Shown piece after piece: positions 1 to 9,123 of a stretch of DNA of 35,945 nucleotides. The stretch is from Promethearchaeia archaeon. GTDB taxonomy: Archaea > Asgardarchaeota > Lokiarchaeia > Sigyniarchaeales > SOKP01. The notes under the pieces were generated by a model that worked only from the letters and a program-made list of their open reading frames with translations, made no database searches and was not told the origin of the DNA. Position 1 is the first letter of the stretch. The number at the start of each line of letters is the position of its first letter. The stretch is taken from contig JAHQWH010000096.1 in assembly GCA_029856105.1 (NCBI GenBank), forward strand, positions 1 to 35,945. Reading direction: 5' to 3'. The translations under genes and the position numbers were made by a program.

Positions 1-2
1 AC

Positions 3-158
3 TTAAAACTAGGGATATGTGGTGAACATGGAGGCGAGCCGAGCTCAATTAAGTTTGCTCATTCGATAGGTTTGGATTATGTATCGTGTTCTCCATTTAG
101 AATTCCTGTCGCAAGAATTGCCGCTGCTCAAGCAGAGATTGAACAAAAGAATAAATAA
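3..158 (+). CDS. ppdK: Pyruvate, phosphate dikinase, C-terminal end (partial, runs off window)
   Basis: Frame 3 reads [59 protein letters not shown] and [16 protein letters not shown] are the PPDK C-terminal signature. Confidence 0.95.
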   Translation, partial: LKLGICGEHGGEPSSIKFAHSIGLDYVSCSPFRIPVARIAAAQAEIEQKNK

Positions 159-256
159 ATTATTTTCTAATATTAGATTAAATTTCTTATTTTACTATTT
201 ATATATTCTATTTCTTTTAAAATTAAACTGATAACATAATTTTAAGCAAATGTTCC

Positions 257-345
257 TTGAACAACCATAACCTTAAGGTTATGGATTCGTAGGTTATACT
301 TTCAACACTACCGGATGGTTCAAGCATCCTCTATCCCCTATCCAC
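257..345 (-). ncRNA. Putative TnpB omegaRNA/reRNA scaffold (3' part), guide would be the flank from 256 leftwards
   Basis: Hairpin GGATG-CTTGAAC-CATCC (329-313) whose loop TTGAAC is complementary to terminal GTTCAA (262-257), a pseudoknot. Perfect 20-bp palindrome CCATAACCTTAAGGTTATGG at 265-284. The 5' end is not determinable. Confidence 0.65.
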
Positions 346-1481
346 TTGGATTTAGGGACTCCTTTTTGTAGAATGTTTATTGAAGCGTTCACATCGGCGT
401 TTAGAACAACTCCACAATCTTTACAAATGTATAGTCCACGATACTTGCGATTTGACTTGCTTACGACTCCACACGAAGAGCACGTTTGCGAAGTGTACTC
501 TTCGCCGGTTCTAATTACTTGAATTCCGACCATCTCAGATTTATATTCAATTTGTTGAACAAGTTTTAAAAACGGCGCGGAAACAAAGTTCTGGTTGTTT
601 CTTTTCCCTATCGTGATTTTCTGCTTCCACCCTTCGTTATATCCGATAACGATCGTTCCGATATCGTTAGAGATACAGTGATTGACTACTTTTCGGGAAG
701 TCTTGTGAAAGAAATCCCTCATTTTATTGTTTCGCTTTCGATGGAACTTCAAGATGCGTCCCGTGACATCCGTGTTGTTGCACTTTTTCGCCATGGACTT
801 GTATTTTGACAGTTGCTTATTGTAGAATTGATTGATTGACTTTACAACACCGCCCTTGATAATCAATGGCTTGTTTCCAATGTTATCTGATGCAGTTACG
901 ATATTGTTAAGTCCTAGATCGATTCCTAAAGCGTTATTCTCGTTCAAATGCAAGTTTTTTGGCTCATAATCGTATATTAACTCAATATTGTATCGATCTC
1001 CGAAAGGAACGATGCGAACGCCTTTCACGCTTTTTAACGCGGTTTTTATTTTAGGAAAACCTAAGTTCTCCATCTTTTGCGTGAGTAGTACGTGTCCATC
1101 CTTTAGCCTACATTGTAAGGAAGTGAAATAGACTAAATTATGGCCGGTCTTACGCTTGTAACGAGGAATTTTTGGCATTCCCTTAAATTTAGACCGTTCA
1201 CTTTTCCAAACTTTGATTGCTTTAAAGAAACTCTTGAAATTTCTATCTACTTGTTTTAGGACTTGCTGTGGCGGATGAGATCCGCACGATTCTTGTAGTT
1301 TTCTATACGATTCGTGAGTTTTTAGCGATTTCCACAACTCGTTATATCGAATCCAATGACGGTCCTTGAAAAATCGTTGTCGCACGGTATATGTCGCCAC
1401 ATTAAACAGGTTTTTTGAAAGAAAAGTTATCTCATCTAAGAGAGTTGATCGTTTGAATTGAACTTGTTGAACGAGTTGCAT
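294..1481 (-). CDS. tnpB: RNA-guided endonuclease TnpB (IS605 OrfB)
   Basis: 395 aa. RuvC-I GIDLG (D188), IVIGYNEGWKQ, EEYTSQTCSSC..CKDC zinc ribbon, RuvC-III NADVNAS (D363). Confidence 0.95.
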   Translation of the reverse strand: MQLVQQVQFKRSTLLDEITFLSKNLFNVATYTVRQRFFKDRHWIRYNELWKSLKTHESYRKLQESCGSHPPQQVLKQVDRNFKSFFKAIKVWKSERSKFKGMPKIPRYKRKTGHNLVYFTSLQCRLKDGHVLLTQKMENLGFPKIKTALKSVKGVRIVPFGDRYNIELIYDYEPKNLHLNENNALGIDLGLNNIVTASDNIGNKPLIIKGGVVKSINQFYNKQLSKYKSMAKKCNNTDVTGRILKFHRKRNNKMRDFFHKTSRKVVNHCISNDIGTIVIGYNEGWKQKITIGKRNNQNFVSAPFLKLVQQIEYKSEMVGIQVIRTGEEYTSQTCSSCGVVSKSNRKYRGLYICKDCGVVLNADVNASINILQKGVPKSKWIGDRGCLNHPVVLKV

Positions 1482-1650
1482 TAATTATAACACGGGATAT
1501 TTCGTATTTAAAGAAAGAGGGGTATACTTTTTACTGATTAAGGCAAAATTCATAACAACCCTAAATAAAGGGACGTGTTTTCTTTTGCGAAAAATGATAA
1601 AAAATATATCTTAATGACTGATATAATAATATACAATACAAATTGTAGAT

Positions 1651-2763
1651 GTGAAAATGACCTTAACTATAGATGAGAGAATTTCGTTATTAAAAGAAGT
1701 AGGCGAAGAAATAATAAATATAGACGAATTAAGACAATTACTTCAATGGAAGCAAGATAATAACGAAATAATCTACGCATACGATGGTTTTGAACCATCA
1801 GGGAATATTCACATAGCCCAAGGTCTTTTAAGGGCGCTAAATGTAAATAAGATAACTAAAGCGGGTGTTAGATTTAAGTTTCTAATTGCAGATTGGCACG
1901 CAGCTGCGAACCATAAATTTGGTGGAGATTTAGATGTAATTAAGAAAGTTGGCGATTTTTTCATGGAAGTTTGGAAAGTTTGCAACATGGACCTAAGTAA
2001 AGTAGAATTTATTTATGCTTCAGAAATAGTGAAAGATCCTGCTTATTGGGAATTAGTATTAAAGATAGCAATCAATAGTTCTTTAAATAGAGTAAAAAGA
2101 TGTACCCAAATCATGGGAAGAGAAGATGTCGATACATTAACAGCTTCTCAAATAATGTATCCTTTAATGCAAGCAGCAGATATTTTTTATCTTCCCGGGA
2201 ATATTTGTCAATTGGGATTAGATCAACGTAAAGTAAATATGTTAGCGAGGGAAGTTGCACCAAAGATAAATAAACCAAAACCAATTTCACTTAGCCACCA
2301 TATGTTAATGGGATTAGGAAAACCACCCGATACGGATTTGACGGGAATTGATAGAGCTGTAAAACTCAAAATGTCAAAATCAGACCCGGACTCAGCTATT
2401 TTTATGTTAGATAATCCCACAGATGTGAAACGTAAAATTAATAAGGCGTATTGCCCTCCAAAAGAAACGGTTGAAAACCCTGTCCTAGAATATTGCAAAT
2501 ATATAATATTTGAGCTCATAGATACGTTTGAAATAGAAAGACCCGATAAGTATGGAGGAAATATAAAATACAAAAGCTACGAAGATATGGCAAACGATTA
2601 TGCTCAAGGTAAGCTAAACCCCCCCGATCTAAAACCAGCAGTGATAAAATACCTAAATCAACTACTGCTACCTATAAGGGAACACTTTGAGAAAGACGAA
2701 AAAGCTAGAGCACTTTATTTATTTGTAGAAAGATTATATATGAAGAAAAATACGAAAAAATAA
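1651..2763 (+). CDS. tyrS: Tyrosine--tRNA ligase, archaeal/eukaryal type
   Basis: YDGFEPSG-HIAQ (HIGH equivalent), YPLMQAADI, QLGLDQRKVNMLARE, KMSKS. Start is GTG 1651 or ATG 1657. Confidence 0.95.
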   Translation: MKMTLTIDERISLLKEVGEEIINIDELRQLLQWKQDNNEIIYAYDGFEPSGNIHIAQGLLRALNVNKITKAGVRFKFLIADWHAAANHKFGGDLDVIKKVGDFFMEVWKVCNMDLSKVEFIYASEIVKDPAYWELVLKIAINSSLNRVKRCTQIMGREDVDTLTASQIMYPLMQAADIFYLPGNICQLGLDQRKVNMLAREVAPKINKPKPISLSHHMLMGLGKPPDTDLTGIDRAVKLKMSKSDPDSAIFMLDNPTDVKRKINKAYCPPKETVENPVLEYCKYIIFELIDTFEIERPDKYGGNIKYKSYEDMANDYAQGKLNPPDLKPAVIKYLNQLLLPIREHFEKDEKARALYLFVERLYMKKNTKK

Positions 2764-2764
2764 C

Positions 2765-3391
2765 ATGATTAAGCTATTAGCGATTGGCGATTCTCACTTA
2801 CCACGTAGGGCTAAAAGCGTTCCAGATCAAATTATCAAAAAGTTAGAGCAATTAGTTGAACTTGAAAAATTTGATTACACTTTTTTTACTGGCGATATAG
2901 TAAATGCTCCAAAATTCATGAATTTTTTAAACTTAATTACAAAGAGAAATTTGTTTGTTGTAATAGGAAATATGGATTATTACGGGGGGAACCGTGATGC
3001 TCCAATTTATCGAAATTTAAATATTTCTATGGGAAACAATAATAATTTAATTATTGGATTAACTCATGGTCACCAAGTATCTCCTAGAGGAGATCGTTCT
3101 CAACTTGAGTTGATTGCTATCGAAAAAAGTTTTAACATTTTAATATCTGGACATACGCATAAAGAAGAGATTTTTCTTCAGAAAGATGTATTACTATTAA
3201 ATCCCGGTAGCGTTACTGGAGCCTGGTCTTTTGTAGCAAGCGGTAATCCTTCGTTTATTACTTTAAATATAATTGAAAAAACGGGGGAGATCGATGTGGT
3301 TTTATATCAATACGATATAAGAGCTGGAAATCTTAAGGATTTAAAATCCTATTTTGTTTTTGAAAACAACAAAATTCGACATAAATATTAA
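2765..3391 (+). CDS. Vps29/YfcE-family metallophosphoesterase (Vps29-like)
   Basis: IGDSHLPRRA, TGD, GNMD, THGHQ, SGHTHK, LNPGSVTGAW. The GD-H-P-R and NPGS-TGA motifs are Vps29-like. Confidence 0.85.
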   Translation: MIKLLAIGDSHLPRRAKSVPDQIIKKLEQLVELEKFDYTFFTGDIVNAPKFMNFLNLITKRNLFVVIGNMDYYGGNRDAPIYRNLNISMGNNNNLIIGLTHGHQVSPRGDRSQLELIAIEKSFNILISGHTHKEEIFLQKDVLLLNPGSVTGAWSFVASGNPSFITLNIIEKTGEIDVVLYQYDIRAGNLKDLKSYFVFENNKIRHKY

Positions 3392-3425
3392 AAGAAAATA
3401 GATAAAAAAATAATTCGTAGTAATT

Positions 3426-3851
3426 TTATTTTGGCGCTTTAAGCTTGTCTAACACGAGGACTTTCGGTAGTTTTAACAATATACCAAAATTTCTTTTTCC
3501 GTCGCTGCTTTTATCATATCTTAACTTTTTAAATCCGTATTTATTCTTTTTTAGCATCATGTGGAGCGTTGAGTTTTCACCGCTAGAAAAACCCATTAAA
3601 TCTTCTGGAGTTGCCATTATTTCTAAATCGTACTCTTCCAATTTACCTTTACCAAGGGTGTATTTTCCATTCTCGGCGGTAAGATTAACCCATAAGTAAA
3701 AATCCTCTTCAATTTGAAGCCCCATGTTTAACCTTGCTCGAAAGTTATCAAGCACATTTGCGTTCTTTGGATTTCTGCGTTTATCTAAGATTATGCTTTC
3801 GATAACGCCCTTAAAAGTAACAAATAAGTTTTCTTTCTCAGATTCTTCCAT
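3426..3851 (-). CDS. Hypothetical protein, possible SCP2 sterol/lipid-binding fold
   Basis: 141 aa. Pattern WVNLTAENGKYTLGKG..YDLEIMATPEDLMGFSSG resembles the SCP2 beta-hairpin plus D-x-x-I segment. Fold call is by eye only. Confidence 0.5.
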   Translation of the reverse strand: MEESEKENLFVTFKGVIESIILDKRRNPKNANVLDNFRARLNMGLQIEEDFYLWVNLTAENGKYTLGKGKLEEYDLEIMATPEDLMGFSSGENSTLHMMLKKNKYGFKKLRYDKSSDGKRNFGILLKLPKVLVLDKLKAPK

Positions 3852-3984
3852 AACTCTTTACCATTGATCACTTTTTTAAGAAATATTATTAAAATAATCT
3901 CTATTGCAATTAATTAATATTTTATGGATCGTAAATAATAATATTAAATATAACTCCAAAAATAAGTATTAGGTGAAAAACTAA

Positions 3985-5184
3985 ATGTGGTTTTTTTATA
4001 GTCCAGGTATTATATATGGCGAAGATGCCATAGATTTTCTTGAATTTATTCCTGGCGAAAAAGTTTTTGTTGTAACAGATAAAGTGTTAGAAGAATTAGG
4101 TCATTTAAAGATATTAACTGAAAAATTAGATAAATTTGGAAAAAAATATAAAGTTTTTACTGATGTACAACCAGACCCTCACGAAGATGATGTACTATCT
4201 GCGAGAAAACAATGTATCGATTACGCCCCAGATTTGGTCATAGCTTTAGGCGGCGGCTCAGTTATGGATACTGCTAAGGTTGTATGGTGTTTAAATGAAT
4301 TCCCTGAACTTGTTCTTGATGATATCCATCCCTTTAACGGGGAACTGTATAAACTGAGAAATAAGTCAAAATTTGTTGCTATCACTACTACATCTGGGAC
4401 TGGATCGGAAATTACTAATGCAAGTGTTATCTCTAGGTTTGTTGATGGAATATGGAAAAAACACTTTTTCTTGCATAAGAGTATAATGCCCTCCTTTGCT
4501 ATAGTTGACCCAATTTTTACAGTAGGAATGCCACCAAAACTGACAGTAGATACCGCTTTTGATGCTTTAACACATTCATTAGAAGGTATTACATCTCTTT
4601 GGAAAAATGAGTTTAGTTACGCAATGGCTTTAAAAGCAATTGAATTGATTTTCAAGTATCTACCAATAGTTGCTAAGGATGGTAAAAATATGGAAGCACG
4701 AGATTATATGCATCAAGCAGCTACAATGGCAGGATTAGCTTTTGGTAATTCTCAAGCACAACTTGCGCATACTCTTGGGCATTCATGGGGCTCCGTTTTC
4801 CATGTTCCTCATGGTAGAGCCGTGGGTATTTTTCTCCCTTATGTATTACAATACAGTTTAAACAACCCAGATGAGGCAGATAAAACTGAAGATTTACTTG
4901 GAAAAGTGGCGAAACAGTTAGGGTGGGCAAATTGGGACGAAGACAACAAAAAAGCAGCGGATATTGTCATAAAAAAAGTAAAAGAACTTCAAGAAGAAGT
5001 TGGATTTTCTTCTAATTTAAAGGAACTGGGAACTACAAAGGAGGATTATGATAAACATATTGATGTTTTAGTAAATCTATGTTTTGAAGATTCTACAAGC
5101 GTTCTTGGTCCAAGATCTGCCAATTCCGAGGAATTTGGGAAACTCTATGAGTATGCGTTTGAAGGAAAGGATGTAGACTTCTAA
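3985..5184 (+). CDS. Iron-containing alcohol dehydrogenase
   Basis: ALGGGSVMD, TTSGTGSE, metal ligands in DALTH, LAHTLGH, PHG. SD-like AGGTGA at 3971-3976. Confidence 0.95.
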   Translation: MWFFYSPGIIYGEDAIDFLEFIPGEKVFVVTDKVLEELGHLKILTEKLDKFGKKYKVFTDVQPDPHEDDVLSARKQCIDYAPDLVIALGGGSVMDTAKVVWCLNEFPELVLDDIHPFNGELYKLRNKSKFVAITTTSGTGSEITNASVISRFVDGIWKKHFFLHKSIMPSFAIVDPIFTVGMPPKLTVDTAFDALTHSLEGITSLWKNEFSYAMALKAIELIFKYLPIVAKDGKNMEARDYMHQAATMAGLAFGNSQAQLAHTLGHSWGSVFHVPHGRAVGIFLPYVLQYSLNNPDEADKTEDLLGKVAKQLGWANWDEDNKKAADIVIKKVKELQEEVGFSSNLKELGTTKEDYDKHIDVLVNLCFEDSTSVLGPRSANSEEFGKLYEYAFEGKDVDF

Positions 5185-5331
5185 ACATAATTCATTTACT
5201 ATTTTTTTTAAATCTTTAACATTCTAAACTGATTTTACCTAAATGTTAAACAATAAATATATGCATTTTGATTATATTTTTAGATATTTTGATAATTGAT
5301 CAATGAATTGCATAACTATCAAAAATAACGC

Positions 5332-7062
5332 ATGACTCTTCCCGAAGAAGAACTGAAATTTCTCGAATATTTAGAAAAATTAATAGGGGAGCCCATTCCC
5401 GAAGTACAAGAGCTACAAAGTTATACTTTTGGGTATACTATTAAAGATAACCATGTAGAAGGCCTAAGCTTGTTTTCGTGTAGATTAACAATAATACCCG
5501 AAAAAATTACCATACTCACTTATCTAAAAAAGCTATTAGTTAGGGGTAATAAGTTAAAAGTAATACCAGAGGAACTTTGTTTTATTTCAGCTCTCAACAC
5601 TTTAGATTTAAGCGAAAATAAATTAGTAAAACTACCAAAAGCGATCTATTCTTTAGTTTCGCTAAAAGAATTGCATTCAGAATCGAATCGATTAACAATT
5701 TTACCAGAGACGATAAGTTCGTTATCTTCTCTTACATTATTGGACTTAAGTGATAATTCATTAAATGAAATTCCTGAGAGTATAGGATCGTTAAAAAATC
5801 TAGAATCTTTAGATCTTAGCCAAAATAAAATTGATGAACTTCCGGATTCTTTTGAGCATCTTAAATCTTTGGAACTGTTATATTTAGGAAAAAATAATTT
5901 AACAGCGCTTCCAGAGTCAATAGGTTCTCTAAGTTCTTTAAAAAGGTTAAATTTAAGAAATAACAAATTAAGTAAATTACCTAATGCTATTGGTAATTTA
6001 TCGTCGTTGTCGTCACTATTCTTAAAAGGAAATAATTTAACGTATGTGCCTGAATCAATAGGTAATTTAAAAAATCTTAAATATTTAGGATTAGCGTCAA
6101 ATAAACTACCTTTACTTCCTGAAACAATTGGCTCTCTTAAATCGTTAGAAAGCTTAAATATATCTTCTAATTATCTAACGGAACTTCCTGATTCAATGGG
6201 TCATCTTAAATCTCTTCTAAGATTAGAGATCTCTAGTAACGAATTAACTCAATTACCGGACATGGATAATTTAAGTTCAATTAAAATATTAAAGTTTGAT
6301 AGAAACAATCTTAAATTCCTTCATAATTCTATAAGTAATTTAACTACTCTTGAATCGTTGAAAGTTGATCGAAATGAATTAAAAGAGCTTCCCGATTCAA
6401 TTGGGCAACTAAAATCCTTAAAAGAATTGGATTTATACGATAATAAGCTTACAAAACTTCCAGAATCCATAGGAAATTTATCTTCTCTTGAAGTCTTAGA
6501 TTTAAGTAAAAACCAATTATCAATTTTACCTGAGTCAATAGGATTATTGTCATCTTTAAGGGAGCTCGATATTTCTACTAATAAATTAACCAATTTAGTA
6601 TCAACCATCGGTAAATTACCGCTTTTAAAGAATTTAATAGTAGGATTTAACCGATTAGAAACAATTCCAGATGCTATAGGCGCTTTATCTACTTTAGAAA
6701 CCCTAGATTTAGGGAAAAACACGATAAAAGAAATTCCCGTTTCAATTGGTTCTCTACGATCTCTCAAAAGACTATACTTATACTATAACGACTTAAAAGA
6801 AATACCTGCTTCGATTGGTGATCTTGAAAAATTAAAGTATTTATACTTAGGAAACAATAAATTAACAAAAATTCCAGAAACAATTGGAAATCTAAAATCC
6901 TTGAAATATTTATTTTTAAGAACAAATTACATAACAGAAATACCAGAATCAATAGATTCCCTTACTTCACTTCGGCATTTAAATATTGAACGTAATAACC
7001 TTACTAAATTTCCTCCTTCGTTAGAAAAACTAGAAGATCGTGAAGTGAAAATCCTTAAGTAA
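5332..7062 (+). CDS. Cytoplasmic leucine-rich-repeat protein (~22 repeats of 23 aa)
   Basis: Tandem LxxLPESIGxLxxLxxLxLxxNx repeats over almost the whole length. No signal peptide or TM segment. Confidence 0.95.
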   Translation: MTLPEEELKFLEYLEKLIGEPIPEVQELQSYTFGYTIKDNHVEGLSLFSCRLTIIPEKITILTYLKKLLVRGNKLKVIPEELCFISALNTLDLSENKLVKLPKAIYSLVSLKELHSESNRLTILPETISSLSSLTLLDLSDNSLNEIPESIGSLKNLESLDLSQNKIDELPDSFEHLKSLELLYLGKNNLTALPESIGSLSSLKRLNLRNNKLSKLPNAIGNLSSLSSLFLKGNNLTYVPESIGNLKNLKYLGLASNKLPLLPETIGSLKSLESLNISSNYLTELPDSMGHLKSLLRLEISSNELTQLPDMDNLSSIKILKFDRNNLKFLHNSISNLTTLESLKVDRNELKELPDSIGQLKSLKELDLYDNKLTKLPESIGNLSSLEVLDLSKNQLSILPESIGLLSSLRELDISTNKLTNLVSTIGKLPLLKNLIVGFNRLETIPDAIGALSTLETLDLGKNTIKEIPVSIGSLRSLKRLYLYYNDLKEIPASIGDLEKLKYLYLGNNKLTKIPETIGNLKSLKYLFLRTNYITEIPESIDSLTSLRHLNIERNNLTKFPPSLEKLEDREVKILK

Positions 7063-7232
7063 AAAAAAATATCAATTTATTTAGGAAAATATATATGAAT
7101 TCTTATTAATTTTAGATAAGATTATTTAATATTTAAAGAATTAATAATCGTATATAGATTAATATAATTAATCGAAATCCCTACGATTAAAATTAAGAAT
7201 ATTAAACATAAAACTTGAAAGGTGTTATTTAA

Positions 7233-9071
7233 ATGAAAGGTTTTGTTGGAAAACTTTTAGTAGTTAATTTAAGCAGCAAAGAGATTAGTGAAGAATTGAT
7301 TGACGATTCTATCGGAGAGAAATTTCTCGGAGGTGCTGGATACGCGTGTAGATACTTATACGACAAGATTGACAAAGATACTGACCCAATTTCGCCAGAT
7401 AATATATTAATGTTTATGACAGGACTTTTTTGTGGGTCTAATGTTCCTACTAGTGGAAGGTTCGTTGTCTGTTCTAAATCTCCTCTAACAGGAATTTGGG
7501 GCGAATCCAATTGTGGTGGTTTCTTTGGTCCAGAATTAAGAAAAACAGGTTTCGACGGAATTATTATTAAAGGAGCCTCTGAAAACCCTGTCTATTTAGA
7601 AATAAACGAAAGTGGAGCGGAGATTAAAGATGCTTCTAACTTATGGGGGAAGGGAATATTTGATACTTCGAAAATATTAAAGGAAAAATCAGGGTCACAA
7701 CTAACGCGAGTTGCGTGCATAGGACAAGCTGGCGAAAATCTTGTAAAATTCGCGATTATTGGGTCAGAGGAAAAAGCTGCGGGAAGAACAGGTATGGGTG
7801 CCGTAATGGGCTCAAAAAAATTGAAAGCAATAACAGTTAGAGGAGCAAAGAGAAAGTATGAATCTGCTGAACCAGAGGAATTTAAAGAAGCAGTTAAAGC
7901 AGCAACCGATAATCTGATGTCTTCGTTTGCGACACAAATGATGGGAAGTCTTGGTACATCTGGAGTTGTTGATATGTACAATGCATCAGGTGAATTACCA
8001 ATAAAATATTGGACTTTAGGGACATGGGAGGCGGCTTTCAATATTTCAGGAGCTACTGCTTTTGAAAAAGTATTTTCGGGAAGCTTTCCCTGTTTTTCAT
8101 GCCCTATTGGTTGCGCTAAGAGAGCAGTGATTAAAGAGGGTGAATATAAAACTGATAATGAGATTGAAGCAGCTGAATATGAAACCGTGGCAGGATTTGG
8201 TTCTATGCTTTTAAACGATAATCTCGAAGCAATCCAGAAAGCGAATTATTTATGCAACGATTACGGAATAGATACAATTAGCGGCAGTAGTACAATAGCA
8301 TTTATCTATTATCTATTTAATAGCGGAAAAATAAATTCCGATGATATTAATGGATTAGACCCAAAATGGGGCGAGATTACTCCTGCTCTTGAATTAATTA
8401 AAATGATTGCGTTTAGAGATGGCATTGGAGATGTAATGGCTGAAGGTTCAGATAAAGTTGGACAAAAATTTGACATTCCTCAAGATGAGATTGCTACAGT
8501 TTATGGTATGGAAATACCATACCATGATTTGCGGAGAATGTTTGGAATGGTTGTTAGTTATGCCTTGGCAACTCCTCGAGGTCCATGCCATACATCATGT
8601 GATCCCTATTATGTTCTATTAGGAATACCCCTTGACGACTTTGGAATTAAATCAAATGTAGATTGGTATCAAGATGATGCAGCAATGGCAGAATACTGTG
8701 CTCGCATTCAAGATTATCGTGCGATATATAGTTCATTAATAGTGTGTTCGTTTGCTAATCAACCTCCCGCGATGATTCTCGATATGTTAACTAAAGCAGC
8801 AGGATTAAACTTAACTATGGAGGACTTTAAAATATTAGGAGAACGTATATACATGGTTAAGAGATTATTTAACTTAAAGATGGGAATATCTCCGGAGGAC
8901 GATAGATTACCAAAAATTGTATTAAATCCTTTAAATGAAGGAGGTTCAGCAGGAAAAACACCTAATTTTCAGCTATTAAAAGAAACTTATTACGAATATA
9001 GAACATTTGATTCTAAAACTGGTTATCCAAAACAAGATAAACTAGAAAAATTAGGACTAGATAATCTTTAA
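7233..9071 (+). CDS. aor: Aldehyde:ferredoxin oxidoreductase family (W/Mo-pterin)
   Basis: KSPLTG, AGRTGMGAVMGSKKLKAI, CFSCPIGC Fe-S motif, EYET, DTIS, DDRLP. Confidence 0.93.
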   Translation: MKGFVGKLLVVNLSSKEISEELIDDSIGEKFLGGAGYACRYLYDKIDKDTDPISPDNILMFMTGLFCGSNVPTSGRFVVCSKSPLTGIWGESNCGGFFGPELRKTGFDGIIIKGASENPVYLEINESGAEIKDASNLWGKGIFDTSKILKEKSGSQLTRVACIGQAGENLVKFAIIGSEEKAAGRTGMGAVMGSKKLKAITVRGAKRKYESAEPEEFKEAVKAATDNLMSSFATQMMGSLGTSGVVDMYNASGELPIKYWTLGTWEAAFNISGATAFEKVFSGSFPCFSCPIGCAKRAVIKEGEYKTDNEIEAAEYETVAGFGSMLLNDNLEAIQKANYLCNDYGIDTISGSSTIAFIYYLFNSGKINSDDINGLDPKWGEITPALELIKMIAFRDGIGDVMAEGSDKVGQKFDIPQDEIATVYGMEIPYHDLRRMFGMVVSYALATPRGPCHTSCDPYYVLLGIPLDDFGIKSNVDWYQDDAAMAEYCARIQDYRAIYSSLIVCSFANQPPAMILDMLTKAAGLNLTMEDFKILGERIYMVKRLFNLKMGISPEDDRLPKIVLNPLNEGGSAGKTPNFQLLKETYYEYRTFDSKTGYPKQDKLEKLGLDNL

Positions 9072-9123
9072 ACACTTTTTTTTTATTATTTTCTAATATC
9101 CATTCTATTCTACAATTATTATG

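Larger units (their letters stand above)
257..1588 (-). mobile_element. IS200/IS605-family, TnpB-only (IS1341-type) insertion sequence, non-autonomous
   Basis: tnpB ORF. Right end on the minus strand reads GAAT-[palindrome 265-284]-TTGTTCAA, ending at 257. Left-end-like imperfect hairpin at 1543-1588. No tnpA. Left boundary is approximate. Confidence 0.85.

Noticed and set aside
294-1481. TnpB considered as Cas12f or as a nuclease-dead TldR
   Set aside because: No CRISPR array, IS ends are present, and an alternative catalytic Glu (E327) is available.
5646-6952. Antisense ORFs within the LRR gene
   Set aside because: Shadow frames produced by repetitive codon usage of the LRR.
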